DNA of 64,000 nt from Eledone cirrhosa. Lineage: Eukaryota. Each line of letters starts with the position of its first letter. The first letter of the stretch is position 1. Shown here one piece after another: positions 1 through 13,637 of this stretch. Both the position numbers and the translations under genes were made by a program. Under the pieces are notes generated by a model. That model made no database searches and had not been told where the DNA came from. It saw nothing but the letters and a program-made list of their open reading frames with translations. The DNA is taken from assembly GCA_964016885.1 (NCBI GenBank), contig OZ024740.1:334180001-334244000 (forward strand), given 5' to 3'.

Positions 1-550
1 CGGATTCTTCCTCCGTTCTCTCAACCTCTTCACCTTCATTTCCCACTGGCTCGTTTGCCTGGCATACTCCACTCTCCATTTCCAACCTAATCTCTCTGAT
101 CAGTTCCTCCAGTTCCAGCTCACTTATCCACCCATTAGTTCTTATTACCCGAGCCTGCCCGGCCAATTTTTGTTCATCTAATTTAAATAGGCCAATCTCG
201 TTCCAGATGTTATGCATCCGTTTCCTATAGCCTTTTTCCTCGGGGTTACTCTTCAGGTAACATTGCATAACAGTTCTATTCAATTCTTTCGTCCAGTTGG
301 TTCTGGTCCCTTTCCTTCTTCTTCCGACACCAGCAGTATTTTTTGAGACAGCCAGGTCCCTGCTGCTGAGCCAGGGAGCACCTGCTGGGTGAGAGTCTGT
401 CACAAGACATTCCAGTTTCCACTTCACCGTTATTCGAACTCTTTAGGTTCGACATTTGAACACTCTTATCGAGGATTGGTGAATGTATGGTTACATAACC
501 ACCGGTGATTTCTTCGCCCCCGATGATTTTAGTATGGCACTATCACGCTG
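1..550 (-). mobile_element. 5' end of an R4/Dong-type non-LTR retrotransposon, running off the left edge
   Basis: Minus strand translates to NWTKELNRTVMQCYLKSNPEEKGYRKRMHNIWNEIGLFKLDEQKLAGQARVIRTNGWISELELEELIREI, matching the N-terminal region typical of R4/Dong ORFs; candidate ATG at 455. Confidence 0.75.
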
Positions 551-559
551 TAGGCGAAC

Positions 560-1345
560 ATAAATAAACAAACAAACAAATAGGTAAAAAAAAAAAAGAA
601 TCAGCATAAGTTTCATTGTAATGTAATGTTTGAATGTTTTTTTTTTCCTTCTCTGTCTGTTTATTTTTCTTTTCCTTTTTCTTTTCTTTACGTTTTTCGT
701 TGTTGTTGTGCGGTTTTGACTTTGATTTTTGTTTTTTTGATTTTTTTGACCGGGTCATCAAATCAGTCTATTTATATCTTTTTATGCTTTCCTCTTTTAG
801 TGGGGACACTACGAGGCATGTCTTAGCAGGAGGTAGTGGGAGAGAATAGCGGCGGTAGCGATAATGAGGCAGTGGGTGGTGGTGGTGGTGGTGGTGGTGG
901 TGCTGTGCTAGTAGTACTTAGCAGGAGGTAGTGGGAGAGAATAGCGGCGGTAGCGATAATGAGGGAGTGGTGGTGGTGATCTGATCGTAGTACTGTAGTG
1001 ATGGTGTTAAAGTTGAAATAGAAATAGAAGTTGAGGCAACTTGACCAGAGTTTTTGGCGTGGTAGTGGTGATGGTGGCGGTTGTGGTGTTGGCGGTGATT
1101 TTATTTGCCTGTCTGTCCACTAGCCATTTAGCCATTTTGCCATTTTCCTCTTTTTCGAATATAACATTTCTGATCCAAAATTAAATATTAAATATTGGGG
1201 CCCTATGCCGTAAAGTGATGCGTTATGGCTTGCTGAGCGTAAATAATGCAATCTTATAGAATTATTCTATCACAGTTGTTTTAAATAAGTAAAAATCAAA
1301 AACTTACGGGAGCGATTCCATAACGATATATATCCACCATGTGCG
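560..1345 (-). mobile_element. Degenerate 5' fragment (5'UTR plus low-complexity ORF1 start) of a Tx1-like LINE, back-to-back with copy 1
   Basis: Minus strand ATCGTT..CTCCCGTAAGTTTTTGATTTTTACTTATTTAAAA resembles the copy 1 5'UTR (ATCGT..CTTCCGCAAAGGTTTGTTATTTTCAGTTATTTAAAA), followed by ACC-rich Thr/Pro-type sequence. Confidence 0.5.
824..975. repeat. Local direct duplication of about 50 bp (95 bp period)
   Basis: TAGCAGGAGGTAGTGGGAGAGAATAGCGGCGGTAGCGATAATGAGG at 824 and 919. Confidence 0.9.
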
Positions 1346-1355
1346 TTTTCTTATC

Positions 1356-1356
<1 letters not shown>

Positions 1357-1396
<40 letters not shown>
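1357..1396. repeat. (TTA)n microsatellite directly upstream of Tx1 copy 1
   Basis: Read directly from the sequence. Confidence 0.95.
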
Positions 1397-1612
1397 GGCG
1401 ACGTAAGTAGTAAATCGTATCATCGTGACTTCCGCAAAGGTTTGTTATTTTCAGTTATTTAAAATTGCCATTTATGGAAATTTTTTTATTGTTAACTGTA
1501 TATAACTGCACATACATTGATTTCTGAAAAGGACAGTCAAAAATATTGGGACCTTGAGCCCAAAATTTAAACTTTTTATAATTATCAAACAAAAAATTTT
1601 CTTTGAAAAATA

Positions 1613-3551
1613 ATGGATGACTCAGATTCACTCCTTCCTCACAATCCAACACCTCACACCGACACCACCATTGTAAACATTGCTACGTTTGCCAACACTT
1701 GAATTGTAAGAGTAGCAATATTTTAAATTTGTCTCAGGCAGACGTTCATTTCACGCCATTACCAATGACTGCAGGTGTTAAAGCCGCCACCACCACCACC
1801 GCGACACCCCCCCCCCCACCACAGCGACAACAGAAACAAAAGAGAAAAATTAATTAACTCGTGATATCGAAATGAATTCAACCAAAATGAACTCTTCCAC
1901 ACCGAACACCACTGACGCCACCACCACCGCAACTGAAACTAAAATTAACAATAGCAAAAATAACGAAAACAACAACAGCAACAATGAAATTAAGAAAACT
2001 ACCCTGAGTTTTGCCAGAGTAGCAAAAACGTGCGAAGAGATCCAGGTAACTTAGGAGGAATTAGAAGAAGCCAAAGGAATGCTAAAGAAAGATGGGTACA
2101 GGGTCAGCCTCCCCCCCCACACACACCTAATAAAATAGAGCAACGTCGCCTATGAACCGTGTCTTATCGGACAATTAACATAAAATCGCGCCGAGTGGAA
2201 CGGGCATCCGAGTCCCAAATCCCAAAAGCTTTGGGACATGTATGGGCCAAAAAAACGCACATCAGACGTGGGCAGAAATCGTGGACGTGTTCTTTGAAAC
2301 ACCACAGGAGGCCAGAGAACACTCCATGGCCCCATTAAGAAGTGATGACTTCACACTCGTCCCAAGCTTTTGTGGCCAGAGACTTATGAAGATCAGGGTG
2401 ACCCACGTTCCACTGGCCTTCGAAATTCCCTGGCTAATGGCTGCCGTCCTTGCCGGCATCGAAGCCAACACCAAGATAATTAAAATAGCGAAAGAAAAGC
2501 AGGAGAACTGGTCCGGATCTGGGATGGAGCTCTTGATCCAAGCGGACCATAAAAGTATTGAGGAGATCCCAGAGGTAATAGACCTCACTGATGGCAGCCA
2601 CCTCACCGTAATCGTCGAGGGCAGAAGACCTAGGTGTGTCGTTTGTGGTGAAGGAACCCAGCTTAGGGCTCTCTGCTCTCAATCTAAAAGGTTGAGGCCA
2701 CCTCTCTTTCACACCCCAGTTACTCAACCATCAACACCACCAGCAGCAGAAATGGCAGCAACAACTGTAGCAGCAACAACAGAAGCAACTGTAACAGAAA
2801 CAATCCTAGCAACAGTAGCAAAACCAACACCACCACCACCACCAAACGCGCCAAAACTAGCACCAGCGCCTACACCATCCACCACGCCACAACCAAAACC
2901 AACGCCTGTGGAGGATTTTCCACTCCCCGGCTTATCGCAACTGGAGACAGATTGTGACGACGAGGAGTGGGAAACGGTATCAGGAAAAAAGAAAAAAAAG
3001 AAACCGAAAAAGAAAAGAATTCTCTTCCTTCCCCCTCCAAAAACAAAATACAGAGGGAAACAAATATATTATCAAACAAAAAAGTTAGGACAGATATGCC
3101 ACCATCCACACCAGCATCACCAACCCCATCACCACAAACACCAACACCATCACCATCATTAACCCCAACACCACCATCACCTACACCACAAAAGTCACCA
3201 AAAAGCGTAACAGAAACAAACCCACAACAAACGCAAACAAAACAAAACAACCAAAATGATACACACGCACAGCATTAAATTTGAACAACAACCAATTATT
3301 ACACTACATGCAACACAACACCAGCATCACAGAAAAAGACTACACAACAACCCAAAAGTACACACCACCTCCACACATACAAATCACTCGCATCACACAG
3401 AACACTTACACGACATTAAAACAAAAATTCCCCAAAGACATCGGAGACTTCCGACAAACACTCTCCAGGAGGATTTATAAGGACATCCTTCCGGAGGAGG
3501 CCACAAGCAGTGAATAGGATGGACAAACCATCCTTCCTCTACGAGAAGTAA
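1613..3551 (+). pseudogene. Tx1 copy 1 ORF1 (gag-like nucleic-acid-binding protein), frameshifted
   Basis: ORF pieces 1872-2054, 2242-3162, 2967-3278, 3281-3517; RRPRCVVCGEGTQLRALC zinc knuckle with H>Q; WETVSGKKK motif; Pro/Thr-rich linker. Confidence 0.8.
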
Positions 3552-3590
3552 GATAAGTGGTCTTTCCCATCTTTTCCACTCCATTTCAAC

Positions 3591-6500
3591 ATGACCTCAC
3601 TCAGAATAGGCAGCATAATGCGCGTGGCTTGGGGACGTCATGGAAGCAGGGCCACCTGCTCAACGACCTCATGTCACTAAACATAGATGTAGTGGCCATC
3701 AGCGAGACCAGAATCTCCGAAGCACGGGCCTTCGCACCGATCTTCGGCGGCTACGATGTGTACGCATCTCCCAGCCGTCCGGGATCGGGGGGAGGAGTTG
3801 CTGTGCTTTTTCGGAGAGGTTTGGATCTCGCCATACGAGCCATCTTCCTGGACCCAGAAGGTACGTTGGCGGTGCTAGACGTGACCAGCGGAGACGGGCA
3901 AGCTTTCAGGCTAGTAGCCGTCTATGCCCCGACAGGAGCAGGGCCGCCTGATTTCTTCCGGCGTCTGGAGACCTTTCTTGGAACGTCCCGCTCTTTAGAG
4001 TTAGTGCGCGACTGGCACGGGATCTTAGATGCACACTGCGTCTGTGTGGGATTAGCGGATAGGGGAAGAGGGTGCAAGAGCCTCACCAACCTGCTCAGGC
4101 GTTTTGAACTGTCTGACAGGTACCGATTGGATTTCCCGAATGTGCCAATGTGGACTTGGATTAATCGCATAGGGTCATCCAGATCATATCTAGATAGATT
4201 ATTTTGTAGAGAAATAGATAGGTCTAGCATAGGCTGTCCACAATTCAAGATAGTCAGCTACACGGACCACACATTCGTGATCTGTGTGCTTGACTTAGAT
4301 AGGCTTCATAGACGAGGACCCGGCTACCGGAAGCTAAACGCGTCCTTACCAGCGCGCAACGCCTACAGAGACAGGATTAGCGAACTAGTTAACCGGGCGT
4401 TGACGGGGCCATCGTCAACAACAAGTGGTGGTTTGCTCTGAAAAGGGTGATTAGAATAGAGTCCATTAGGTATAGTAAGGCTTTAGCTATAGAGAAAAAT
4501 AGAGCAGAGGGAGAACTAGTTAGATAATTAGACGAGGCGCTTAGCAAAGACATCGCGACCGACGTACTTGCGGCGAAATTGGCCCTTCACCAATCCTTCA
4601 ATGCAAAGCACGAAGGCTGCGTTGTCAGAGCTAGGGTGGGTGCTCTCAGACACGAGGGGACGAAAGCCGTTCAATGGGCCCGAGTGGCGGAGGCGCGTCG
4701 TGGCAACAGAGCCACGATCCGGTCTTTGGTGGACCACGACGGGCGCATGCTACTCTATCCCGGGCAAATGTGTGAAGCTTTTCATCGAAATTTCGCTCAG
4801 CTGTTTGGGGGCAGCGGCGGTCCGGATCGAGGGAGGGACTTTAGTGTCTACCTCGACGGACTGCCGCGGCTCTCGCTCACTGAGGCGGAGTGTTTCGAAA
4901 AGCCGATAACAGCCGCTGAAGCATGGGAGGTAATGACTGGCTGCACAAGGGGTAAATCTCCTGGTTTGGATGTTTTGCCCTATGAACTTTACGTACAGAT
5001 GCCAGACTTTTTCGGTGGCCTCTTGGCGGACGTCTACTGAAACTGGCAACAGAACGGGAGAATTCCCAGCTCTGTGAGAAAGGATCCGAACAAGGGGGAT
5101 AACATAAATAATTTCAGGCCCATAACTCTGCTAAACACAGAGTTCAAGATTTTGTCCAAGGTGCTTGCAAAGAGGTTGGCGCTTGTCGTTGGTGGTCTGG
5201 TGGGAGAGGCGCAGACATGCGCCATTCCCGACAGATCCATCCACGACAACCTCCACCTCATGCGATACATCATGGAGAGGGTAGCTAGGGAACCTGGCAC
5301 GGGTGGGTCTATGATCAATTTAGATCAGTCGAAAGCTTTCGATAGAGTCGACCTTCGTTACCTAGCGGCATTCCTGAGGGCGTCTGGCTTTGGTACCGTC
5401 TTCAGAGGCTCTGTGGTGAGAGTGAACGGTGACCTTTCGGAACCGTTCAACATCATGCGCTCGGTCCGCCAAGGATGTCCCCTCTCGTTCCTCCTGTACG
5501 TATTGACTCTCGAATCATTACTGCACAAACTGGAGACGTTGAGGGGGTCCCCCGCGAACTAGGATGCGGAAGAACCGTGTCAGCATATGCGGACGATGTC
5601 ACTGTAGTGGTGTCAAAAGCCAAACACATCGAGGCAATCGGCACTACACTAAGATAATACGAAGCGGTGACAGGAGCAATGATCAACCAGGAAAAATTAG
5701 TGGGCTTGCAACTCGGCACCTGGAGAGGCAGGTCCATGCCGTCCAACAGCGTCGTCGGGCGCTGGACGGACGGACCGGTTAAATTGCTAGGGGTCTGGTT
5801 CGGTCTGGACCTCCAGACGGACAAAAACTGGGACGAGGTGACGAACAGGTTGGCTTCTCTCACCCAGAAATGGGTGGAGAGGAAGATATCCCCGAAAGGT
5901 CGAATGAAGGTGGCTAACGCATACATCGCGTCCGTCATCTACTACCGCTTGACCATCGTACCTTGTCCTAAGCCCCGCCTCACTGCGCTGGAGCGTTTGC
6001 TCTTTCGCTTTTTGTGGAAGGGAAGCGCTCCGATGGTCAGGCTGTCCATCTGCTGTCAACACCCGCTGGAGGGCTGGGCATGCCGTGGCTGTTGATGCGC
6101 AGTCACGCGCTCAGACTACGACATCTCCACCTCTACCTCGGCGATGAAGAGGTGGGAATGTCGTCGCCTGAGCTAGACGACACTCTTACCCCAGCTCGTC
6201 TCCTTGACGGAGCTGCAGTCCTGGGTCAAGCGAAGACCGAGAGGGAGCGCTTGGAGACTGGAATGTCTTCAGGTGCTCACAGCCCTCGACCAATCGGGCA
6301 ATGTGATCGGTGGAAACTCCACCTTGGCGTTATATAGAGGATTAGTGGGAGAGCGACGACGTACTTGGGGAAACTCTAGGCGTCGACGAAAATCAACTAG
6401 CCAATCTCTTCGGAAGAACTTTCGGGCCGGGGCCTATGGACAACTTCCAGAAATCCCTGCCCTGGCAGTGCTACCGAGGAGCTTTGCCAGTTCGGGATAA

Positions 6501-6929
6501 ACTCTACAGGCATGGAGGTGCCGTCAGTCGAGCATGTCCGAGATGCGCGCAGGGCGACGAAACCGTCCTGCATGTACTCGCCAGTGTCCGAGTATTGCTA
6601 ACTTGTGGGTTTATTTCGAACACCTGCTGTCGCGTGTAGGACAGATCCAGCTATCAGCTGAGTCCATCGTGAGGATTGCCGCGCCCTCTTCCTTTAGCCG
6701 GGAAGGGCAGGCAGTTATTATCTGTCTGGTGGCCATGGCGAAAGAGGTAGTATTGTGGAAACATTTGAAAGGGCTGAAGACGAGCACTTACCTCTTTTTC
6801 AAATTTCATTTGTAAAGGAAAATCAGGGTAGAGAGGGAAGTGCTCTCTTCCCAGTATGTTGTTGAAAGATGTGTGAGAGAGGCAAGAATGGCCCGAGTGA
6901 ATGGGCCTACTCTGAGTATGTGTCTGTAA
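3591..6929 (+). pseudogene. Tx1 copy 1 ORF2 (APE endonuclease, reverse transcriptase, CCHC), disrupted
   Basis: ISET, VYAP, YLDR, TDH endonuclease motifs; KSPGLD, FRPITLLN, DQSKAFDRV, VRQGCPLS, AYADD RT motifs; CPRC..ETVLH zinc finger; several stops and frameshifts. Confidence 0.92.
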
Positions 6930-7205
6930 ATTAAAGGTGGAAAACTGGGAGAGGGCACTTGCCCTGGTGGTCAGGGTCACTGTGGCTTTTTAATGGGCTT
7001 TCTCCACGAATGTCCCTCGGAAGTCTCCCCCGTATTGGGGAATTTTTCATTGCTATTTTGTTGGTACAACCTCTGTTTTTGTTTTTTACACGCAGAAATA
7101 CCAATTTGTACTGTACTGTATTGTCCGGTATTGTCCTTAATGTCTACTTTATGTAAACACTTGTGGTTAATAAAGAAAGCATTAATATTATTATTGTTAT
7201 TATTA

Positions 7206-7390
7206 GGGCGGTGGATTGGCAGTATCGGTAGAGAGTCGGACGTCATGCTTTCCAGCATATTTACGTCCCTTTACGGGCTGAGTTCAAATCCCGCCGAGGT
7301 TAACTTTGCCTTTCAATCTTACGGGGTCGATAAAATAAAGTACCAGTAATGTGCTGGGTATTTGCGGGCCTTATGCCAAAAGTAGAAACA
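7206..7390 (+). mobile_element. tRNA-derived SINE (family S1)
   Basis: A-box-like TGGCAGTATCGG, B box GAGTTCAAATCC, core CCTTTCA(A)TCTTACGGGGTCGATAAAATAAAGTACCAG, tail GGCCTTATGCCAAAAGTAGAAACA + (ATT)n; about ten copies in the window. Confidence 0.88.
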
Positions 7391-7416
7391 AATATTATTA
7401 TTATTATTAATATTAT

Positions 7417-8880
7417 TTTTTGAGTCTCAGTCATTGATGTTATTGGTGGATTGGCAGTATCGGTAGAGGGTCGGATGCCATGCTTTGACGTATAGAGTTA
7501 CGGCCCTTGCCATTCTGAGTTCAAATCCCGCCGATGTTAACTTTGCCTTGCATCCTTACGGGGTCGATAAAATAAAGTACCAGTAATGCTCTGGGTAATT
7601 GCTGGCCTTGTGCCAAATGTAGAAACAGTTATTAAACTGGAAAGTTTGTTGAAATGAATATCAAGCCATTACCTGTAGCCTCAGATATTCAGGAAGTATC
7701 GGAGGGTTCTTGCTGTTCCCAGCAAGCACGCCTTTTGAAGTGTTCCAAAAGTGGGGCTGGACTAATCTTCTTTAACCACCCTTGGAAAGTCTTTGAGATA
7801 GTACCTTGTGCGGCTATGACAATCAGGACGCTCTTGATTTCATGGCAGTTCCAAATCCTTTTTAACTCCCACTTTAAATCCTGGTAACGGTTAATTTTCT
7901 CCCTCTCCTTTTCTTGCACTCTCGTGACAAATGGGCAGGCTACATCTACAATCAGGCACGATCTTTTTTCTTTGTACAAAACCACCAGGTCAGGCCTATT
8001 GTGTTCTAATTTCTAGTCCATCTGTATCCTAAAATCCCATAGCACCTTCACCTGATCGTTTTCTTTCACCGATTCCGGCTTATGCTCATACCACTTGGAT
8101 CTCTAAATTCAGTTTTCTCAAAGAAGGTTCTATAAAGGGATTTTGATGAAGGTTGCTCTTCCTCCTGGTTGTTATTTCCTTCTTGGACATCCCCTGGTCT
8201 ATTGTCTTCTCCTTCAGTACAATTTTGAGCATTGGCTCCATACTGTCAGTCACATATTTGTGCAGGTTGTTTTTCTCCATCTGAACAGTCCTCGATGATG
8301 ATAAAACCTCTTCCACCTTCATATCTCTTTCAGTTCCACACGCCTCTTGTGGAACATGTTGTAGATAGTCAAAAGCTTCCTAGTTTTATTATCCATTTCT
8401 TTCAGTTCAGCACATCTATCCCATCTCGCCCTGGTGATTTCCAGTTGGTTAGTATTTTTGTCCTGCCCTTTAAGAGTTTCAACTGTGATACTCAAATCAG
8501 TTTGTTGGTGTGCTTGTTCACTAATCTCCTTTTGAACTGTCTCAATCCACACTGCCTGGCTATTATGTTCAACATCCTGCTCCCATATTCCTCTCCAGAA
8601 TGTCTTAGTCTGTTCCGCTTCAAGCTGTCCAAATAACATATTCTGGTCCAAACAACATGCGGTTCAATCTATAGTGACTGACTCTGTTCTCATACCGCCT
8701 AATTTTTACACTTTTTGCGACAATACTTTGCTTCAGTTCCTCTTTGACAATATTTAGCTTTTTTCCCCTAGTTTTGTATTTTATTTCCAATCTTTCTTTA
8801 GTGTCTATGTTTCGTAATGTCCCATTCAGTTAGACTCAAGCTTTCCAATGTCTTGTCACATTTCCGTGATTTGGATGCGT
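7417..8880 (-). mobile_element. R4/Dong-type element family A, 5'-truncated and internally deleted
   Basis: FWRGIWEQDVEHN, ELKEMDNKTRKLL and RLE domain RPDLVVLYKEKRSCLIVDVACPF..KEREKINRYQDL; 3'UTR ends in (TAA)n. Confidence 0.85.
7445..7627 (+). mobile_element. SINE S1 inserted into the Dong A 3'UTR with GTTATT target-site duplication
   Basis: GTTATT at 7439-7444 and 7628-7633; the empty site is visible in the second Dong A copy near 21210. Confidence 0.88.
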
Positions 8881-11800
8881 AATCGAGGAGGGGACAGACA
8901 CTACCCTCCTGGATATCCATAGACTGGATATCCATAGACTGGGTTTGGAGATTTCGCTCCATATGAAACCAGACGATATCAACAACATACCGGATTTTGC
9001 CCGCCTGCAAGACGGGACAACACTCCAATTACTCGCTGAGCAAGAAGGCCGCACTGCTTCGTCTGCGGGGAAGCAACGCATCTGCAAGCCTTCTCAAAAA
9101 ACCAGGGGGTCGGAAACCTCCTTTGTTGTCAACACCAGTCTCATCACGGAAAGCTGCACCACCACCACCACCACCCAAAACAACACCAACAATGACACAG
9201 GTAACCCCACCAACGTCAAATGCAGTCGGACCACCACCAGCACCGAAACCAATCCAAGGGAAAAACGAGGAAAGCTCTCCCAGTCCCTCTTCCCCTCCAA
9301 TTATACACATAGGCAAAACAATAAATGCACACACACAGAAACAGATACACTCACAGCCACAGACCCTTTGTCTTCCAGCAGTGAAGATGACGGAAAACCC
9401 AAAAGTGCCAAAAAATAAAATAAAAAACTCACCAAAAGAAAAAGCCCCAACAAAACACAAAAACATACATAAGAAAAAATACAGACACCACTAACGCAAA
9501 CACTTCCCCAATAACACCAACATCAACATCAACACCACCCCCACAATCCTCGAAACAAAAACAACCTAAAGAAACACAAGAAGAAATAAAGACACAGACA
9601 CCTGAAATTGCAGACACCACACCTACAACAAGCAAAGACATACCTGAAATAACACCGCCGAAACCATCACCACCACAGTGACCAAAACGAAAACAAATAA
9701 AACCACACCAACAAAACATTAAAAACTTCGTGCTTGTCAGAAGGTCCAACGATAAATTGATGGCCCTCTTAGCACGAAGCGAGGACATCCAAACAGAGGG
9801 GGTGGGATCTTTGAATTGAACACATATTGCGTGCCAGAAGATTTACTTCTGGAGCGAATGTCGCTCAATTCCTACACAGAAATTCGAGAGAGCTTTCCTC
9901 AAGACCTAGGAACCCCGAATGTGAAACCCATCAAGAATTTTAAAAGGGTTCCCAAAGAAACCCCACCATCCATGGAGGTCGAAGAAGCCGACCTTCACAA
10001 GACCCCGGGAGGTTAGTAAACCTTCACTCTCGCTTTTAGCTTGCTAACATGGCCATATTAAGAGTAGGAAGTTTAAATGTTCGCGGCTTGGGGTCACCCT
10101 GGAAGCAGGGTCGCCTGCTCAACGACCTCAGGTCTCTGGAAATGGATGTGATTGCCGGCAGCAAGACCAGGGTTTCCGACACGCGCGTACTAGCCCCCAT
10201 TTTCAACGACTATCAGATCTTCGCATATGTTAGCAGACCGGGAATGGGAGATGGAGTGGCAGTGCTGTTTAGGAAAGGTCTGGATCTCGAGGTAAGGTCG
10301 ATCTTCCGGGACCCGGACGGTAAGTTGGTGGTCCTGGATATGAGCAGTAGCGAAAGTGGTGCCTTTAGACTGCTGGCCGTCTACGCCCCTACTGGCGCCA
10401 GACGACCGGACTTATTTACGCGCCTGGAAACCTTCTACTGTTAGCTGGGGACTAGAACGACATCTTAGACGCCCGCTCGGATTGTCTGGGAGTAGATGAT
10501 AGGAGCAGGGGATGCAAAAGCCTCAAACACCTAATCAGCCAGTTCCAACTGACTGACAGGTATTGACTAGATGTCCCAATGCGCCAGTGTGGACATGGAC
10601 CAACCGCATAGGGTCATCTAGATCGTATATAGACAGGATCTTCATTAGGAAAATAGATAGAAATAGTGTAGGCTGCCCAATTTTTAAAACGGTCGCCTAT
10701 TCAGATCACAAATTTGTGATCTGTTTAGTCGACCTAGATAAAACGCGTAGGTTGTGACCGGTTTACTGGAAGCTGAACATGTCATTTCCGGTACGTAAGG
10801 CTTACAGGGACCGAGTCAACAATTTAGTTAAGCAAAAGTTGACAGGAGTGATCATCAACAACAGATGGTGGTGGATCTCAAGAGAGAGATTAGAGTGACC
10901 TCGATAGAGTTCAGCAAAGAACTAGCATTAGAGAAACATAGAAAGGAGGGGAGCTTGTAGATAAGCTAGTCGAGGCTATTTGTAGTGGCATTGCAACTGA
11001 CGTGTTAGCGGCGAGAATGGCGTTAGAACATTTCTTCAATACGAAACACAAAGGTTGCATTGTCAGAGCTAAGGCGCGTGCGCTGAGAAACGAGGGAACC
11101 AAAGCTGTTCGATGGGCCCGCGTGGCGGAGAAGCAGCGTGGTAATAAAGCCACAATTCGGTATTTGGCGGACCGAGACGGACACGAGATAAGCGATTCCA
11201 AGCGGATGTGTGAGGCCTTTCGCCAGCACTTTGCTCGGTTGTTTGGGGAGAGTGGTGAGTGAGAGAGAGTAGCAGATTCCAGTCCCTACCTTGACGGCTT
11301 GCCGCGCATCTCGACGGTCGACACTGAGCGCTGCGAAAGGCCGATTACTTCAGCCGAAATTCAGGACGCCCTTGTCGGCTGCATGAGACGCAAGTCACCC
11401 GGTGTGGATGGTCTGCCCTATGAGCTTTACGTAAATATCCCAGACTTGTTCTCCGATCTCCTCGAAGCACTCTACTGCAACTGGCAGCAGAATGGGAGTT
11501 ATCCCAGTTCAGTGTGCTGTGGAGTGGTGACGCTGATAAGAAAATACAACAAGAGGGATACATTAGACAACTTCAGGCCCATAACAGAGTTTAAGATTTT
11601 GGCCAAGGTGTTAGCAAAAAGATTGGCGCTTGCCGTCGAGGATTTGATTGGGGAGGCGAAAACTTGTGCAATCCCAGCCAGCTCCATACACAACAATCTC
11701 CACCTCATGCGATACATCATAGAGGGAGTAGGGTGTAAACCTGGCTTCGGTGGGGCACTGATCAATTTAGATCAATCGAAAGCAAAAGCATTCGATAGGG

Positions 11801-13637
11801 TCGACATCGGTATCTGGAGTTTGTCCTCAAAGGAGCTGGCTTCGGCCCTGTCTTCAGAAGCTGGATCGCTGCAATGCACAGCGGCACACGCTCGGAACCA
11901 TTTCGGCTCTCCCGATCGGTCCGTCAAGGGTGCCGTCTCTCTTCCCTTCTGTACGTATTGACTCTCGAGCCTTTCCTGTGGAAGCTAGAGCTCTTGCAGG
12001 GCATCCCACTCGAACCGGGACGTGGAAAGGCGGTGTCGGCTTATGCGGACGACATCACCGTGATGGTGTCGGACACCTCAGAAATCAAGGTGGTCGGCAC
12101 CTTATTGAAGGAATATGAAAGGTTGACAGGAGCCAAACTTAACCCGGAAAAGTCGGTGGGATTGCGGCTCGGAACCTGGAGAGGCAAGCCTATGCCGTCC
12201 AACAGCCTCGTGGGAAGCTGGACGGCCGGGCCGATATAGTTGCTCGGCGTTTGTTTCGGACCAGACCTCCAGGTGGAAAAGAATTGGGACGAGGTAACGA
12301 GCAGAGTAGCCAGTCTCACCCAAAAATGGGCTGGGAGGAAGCAATCACTGAATGGTCGCGCGGAGGTGGCGAATGCGCACATCGCGTCTGTCATCTACTA
12401 CCGCCTGACCGTCATGCCTTGCCCCAGTCTACGCCTCTTCAAATTGGAATGGCTGCTCTTCAAATTCTTGTGGAAAGGACTAGTTCCGTTGGTGAGGCGG
12501 TCCATCCGGTGCTAGCACCCTCTACGCGGAGGGCTGGGCATGCCGTGGCTATTGATGCGCAGACATGCGCTGAGGCTGCGATATCTCCAGATATTCTGCC
12601 TAAAGGGTGAACCGGTGTGGTCGCCGTTTATCAGACGGGCCTTTCCGCAACTCGTTTCTTTGACTGATTTGCGGTCCTGGGTCGAAAAGAGACCGAGACT
12701 GGGTGACTGGCACCTGGAGTTGCCAGGCACTCACTGCCCTCTACCAAGCGGGCAATGCGATCAGTGGAACTTCCACTCTCGAGTTCTATAGAGGATTAGT
12801 GGTGGGCAAGTGAAACTCGGAGAAGCTTTGGGCCTCGACGAAGTCGAACTGACCAGTCTGTTCCGAAGGACTTTCGGGCCGGTGACGATGGACAATTTCC
12901 AGAAATCCCTCGCTTTGCAGTGCTACCAGGGGGCACTGCCGGTTCGGGATAAACTCTACAGGCACGGAAGTGCTGTCAGACGGACCTGCCCAAGATGCGA
13001 ACAAACCCACGAAACCGTTCTGCACGCACTTGTCCAATGTCCGTGCATTACTGACTTATGGAGTTATGTCGAACAGTTACTGTGTGTAAACGGATGCGGC
13101 TATCGGCCTAGTCAATAATGAAGATCGACCCGCCGCCTTCCTTAGGTCAGGAAGAACAGGCAATTTTCCTCTGTCTGGTGGCCGTTGCGAAATGGGTTAT
13201 ATGGTGGACCAGATTAAAAGGACTGAAGACACACACTTTTCTCTTCGGCCAATCCCTCATCAGCTTCTTCAAGTTTCACCAGTACATTTGCTAAAAAGTA
13301 GATGAATGTGGCGAGAATGGCCTGTGTGAATGGGCCTACTCTGACCCTGCGCCTATAGGCTAGCTAATTTTAGGAGAGGGGTGCCTTCCCTGGGTGCCCT
13401 AGAAGCGCAGGGTGGTTCAGGATTAGTGGGGTACCTGAGTGACCCCCGGGTCGTCTACCCCCTATAGGGGAATTTATTTTGTTATATTTATGCATAGTTT
13501 ATTTTATATTTTTATATCTCCATTGTTAAATTAGTCTTGCCATTGTGCACTTTTACTCGGCCTTAATGTAAACCCCCACTCTCCCGGTCTTTATATTGTC
13601 CCCTACATGACGGCCCTTGTGGCTAATAAATGAAATC
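8881..13637 (+). mobile_element. Tx1 LINE copy 2 (divergent subfamily), 5'-truncated
   Basis: ORF1 remnant with RPHCFVCGEATHL knuckle; ORF2 from 10049; 3' end GCCCTTGTGGCTAATAAATGAAATC + (ATT)n. Confidence 0.9.
10049..13358 (+). pseudogene. Tx1 copy 2 ORF2, disrupted
   Basis: MAILRVGSLNVRGL, VYAP, YIDR, SDH, KSPGVDGLP, RQGC, AYADD, CPRC..ETVLHALVQC. Confidence 0.9.

Larger units (their letters stand above)
1397..7180 (+). mobile_element. Tx1/L1-clade LINE copy 1, full length but inactivated
   Basis: 5'UTR, ORF1 with zinc-knuckle remnant, ORF2 with APE endonuclease, RT (YADD) and C-terminal CCHC; 3' end CTTGTGGTTAATAAAGAAAGC followed by (ATT)n. Confidence 0.93.

Noticed and set aside
456-560. 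HDV-like ribozyme at the 5' end of the R4/Dong element
   Set aside because: Could not build the nested double pseudoknot by eye
7206-7300. tRNA-like A/B boxes as tRNA genes
   Set aside because: No complete cloverleaf; they continue into SINE core and tail
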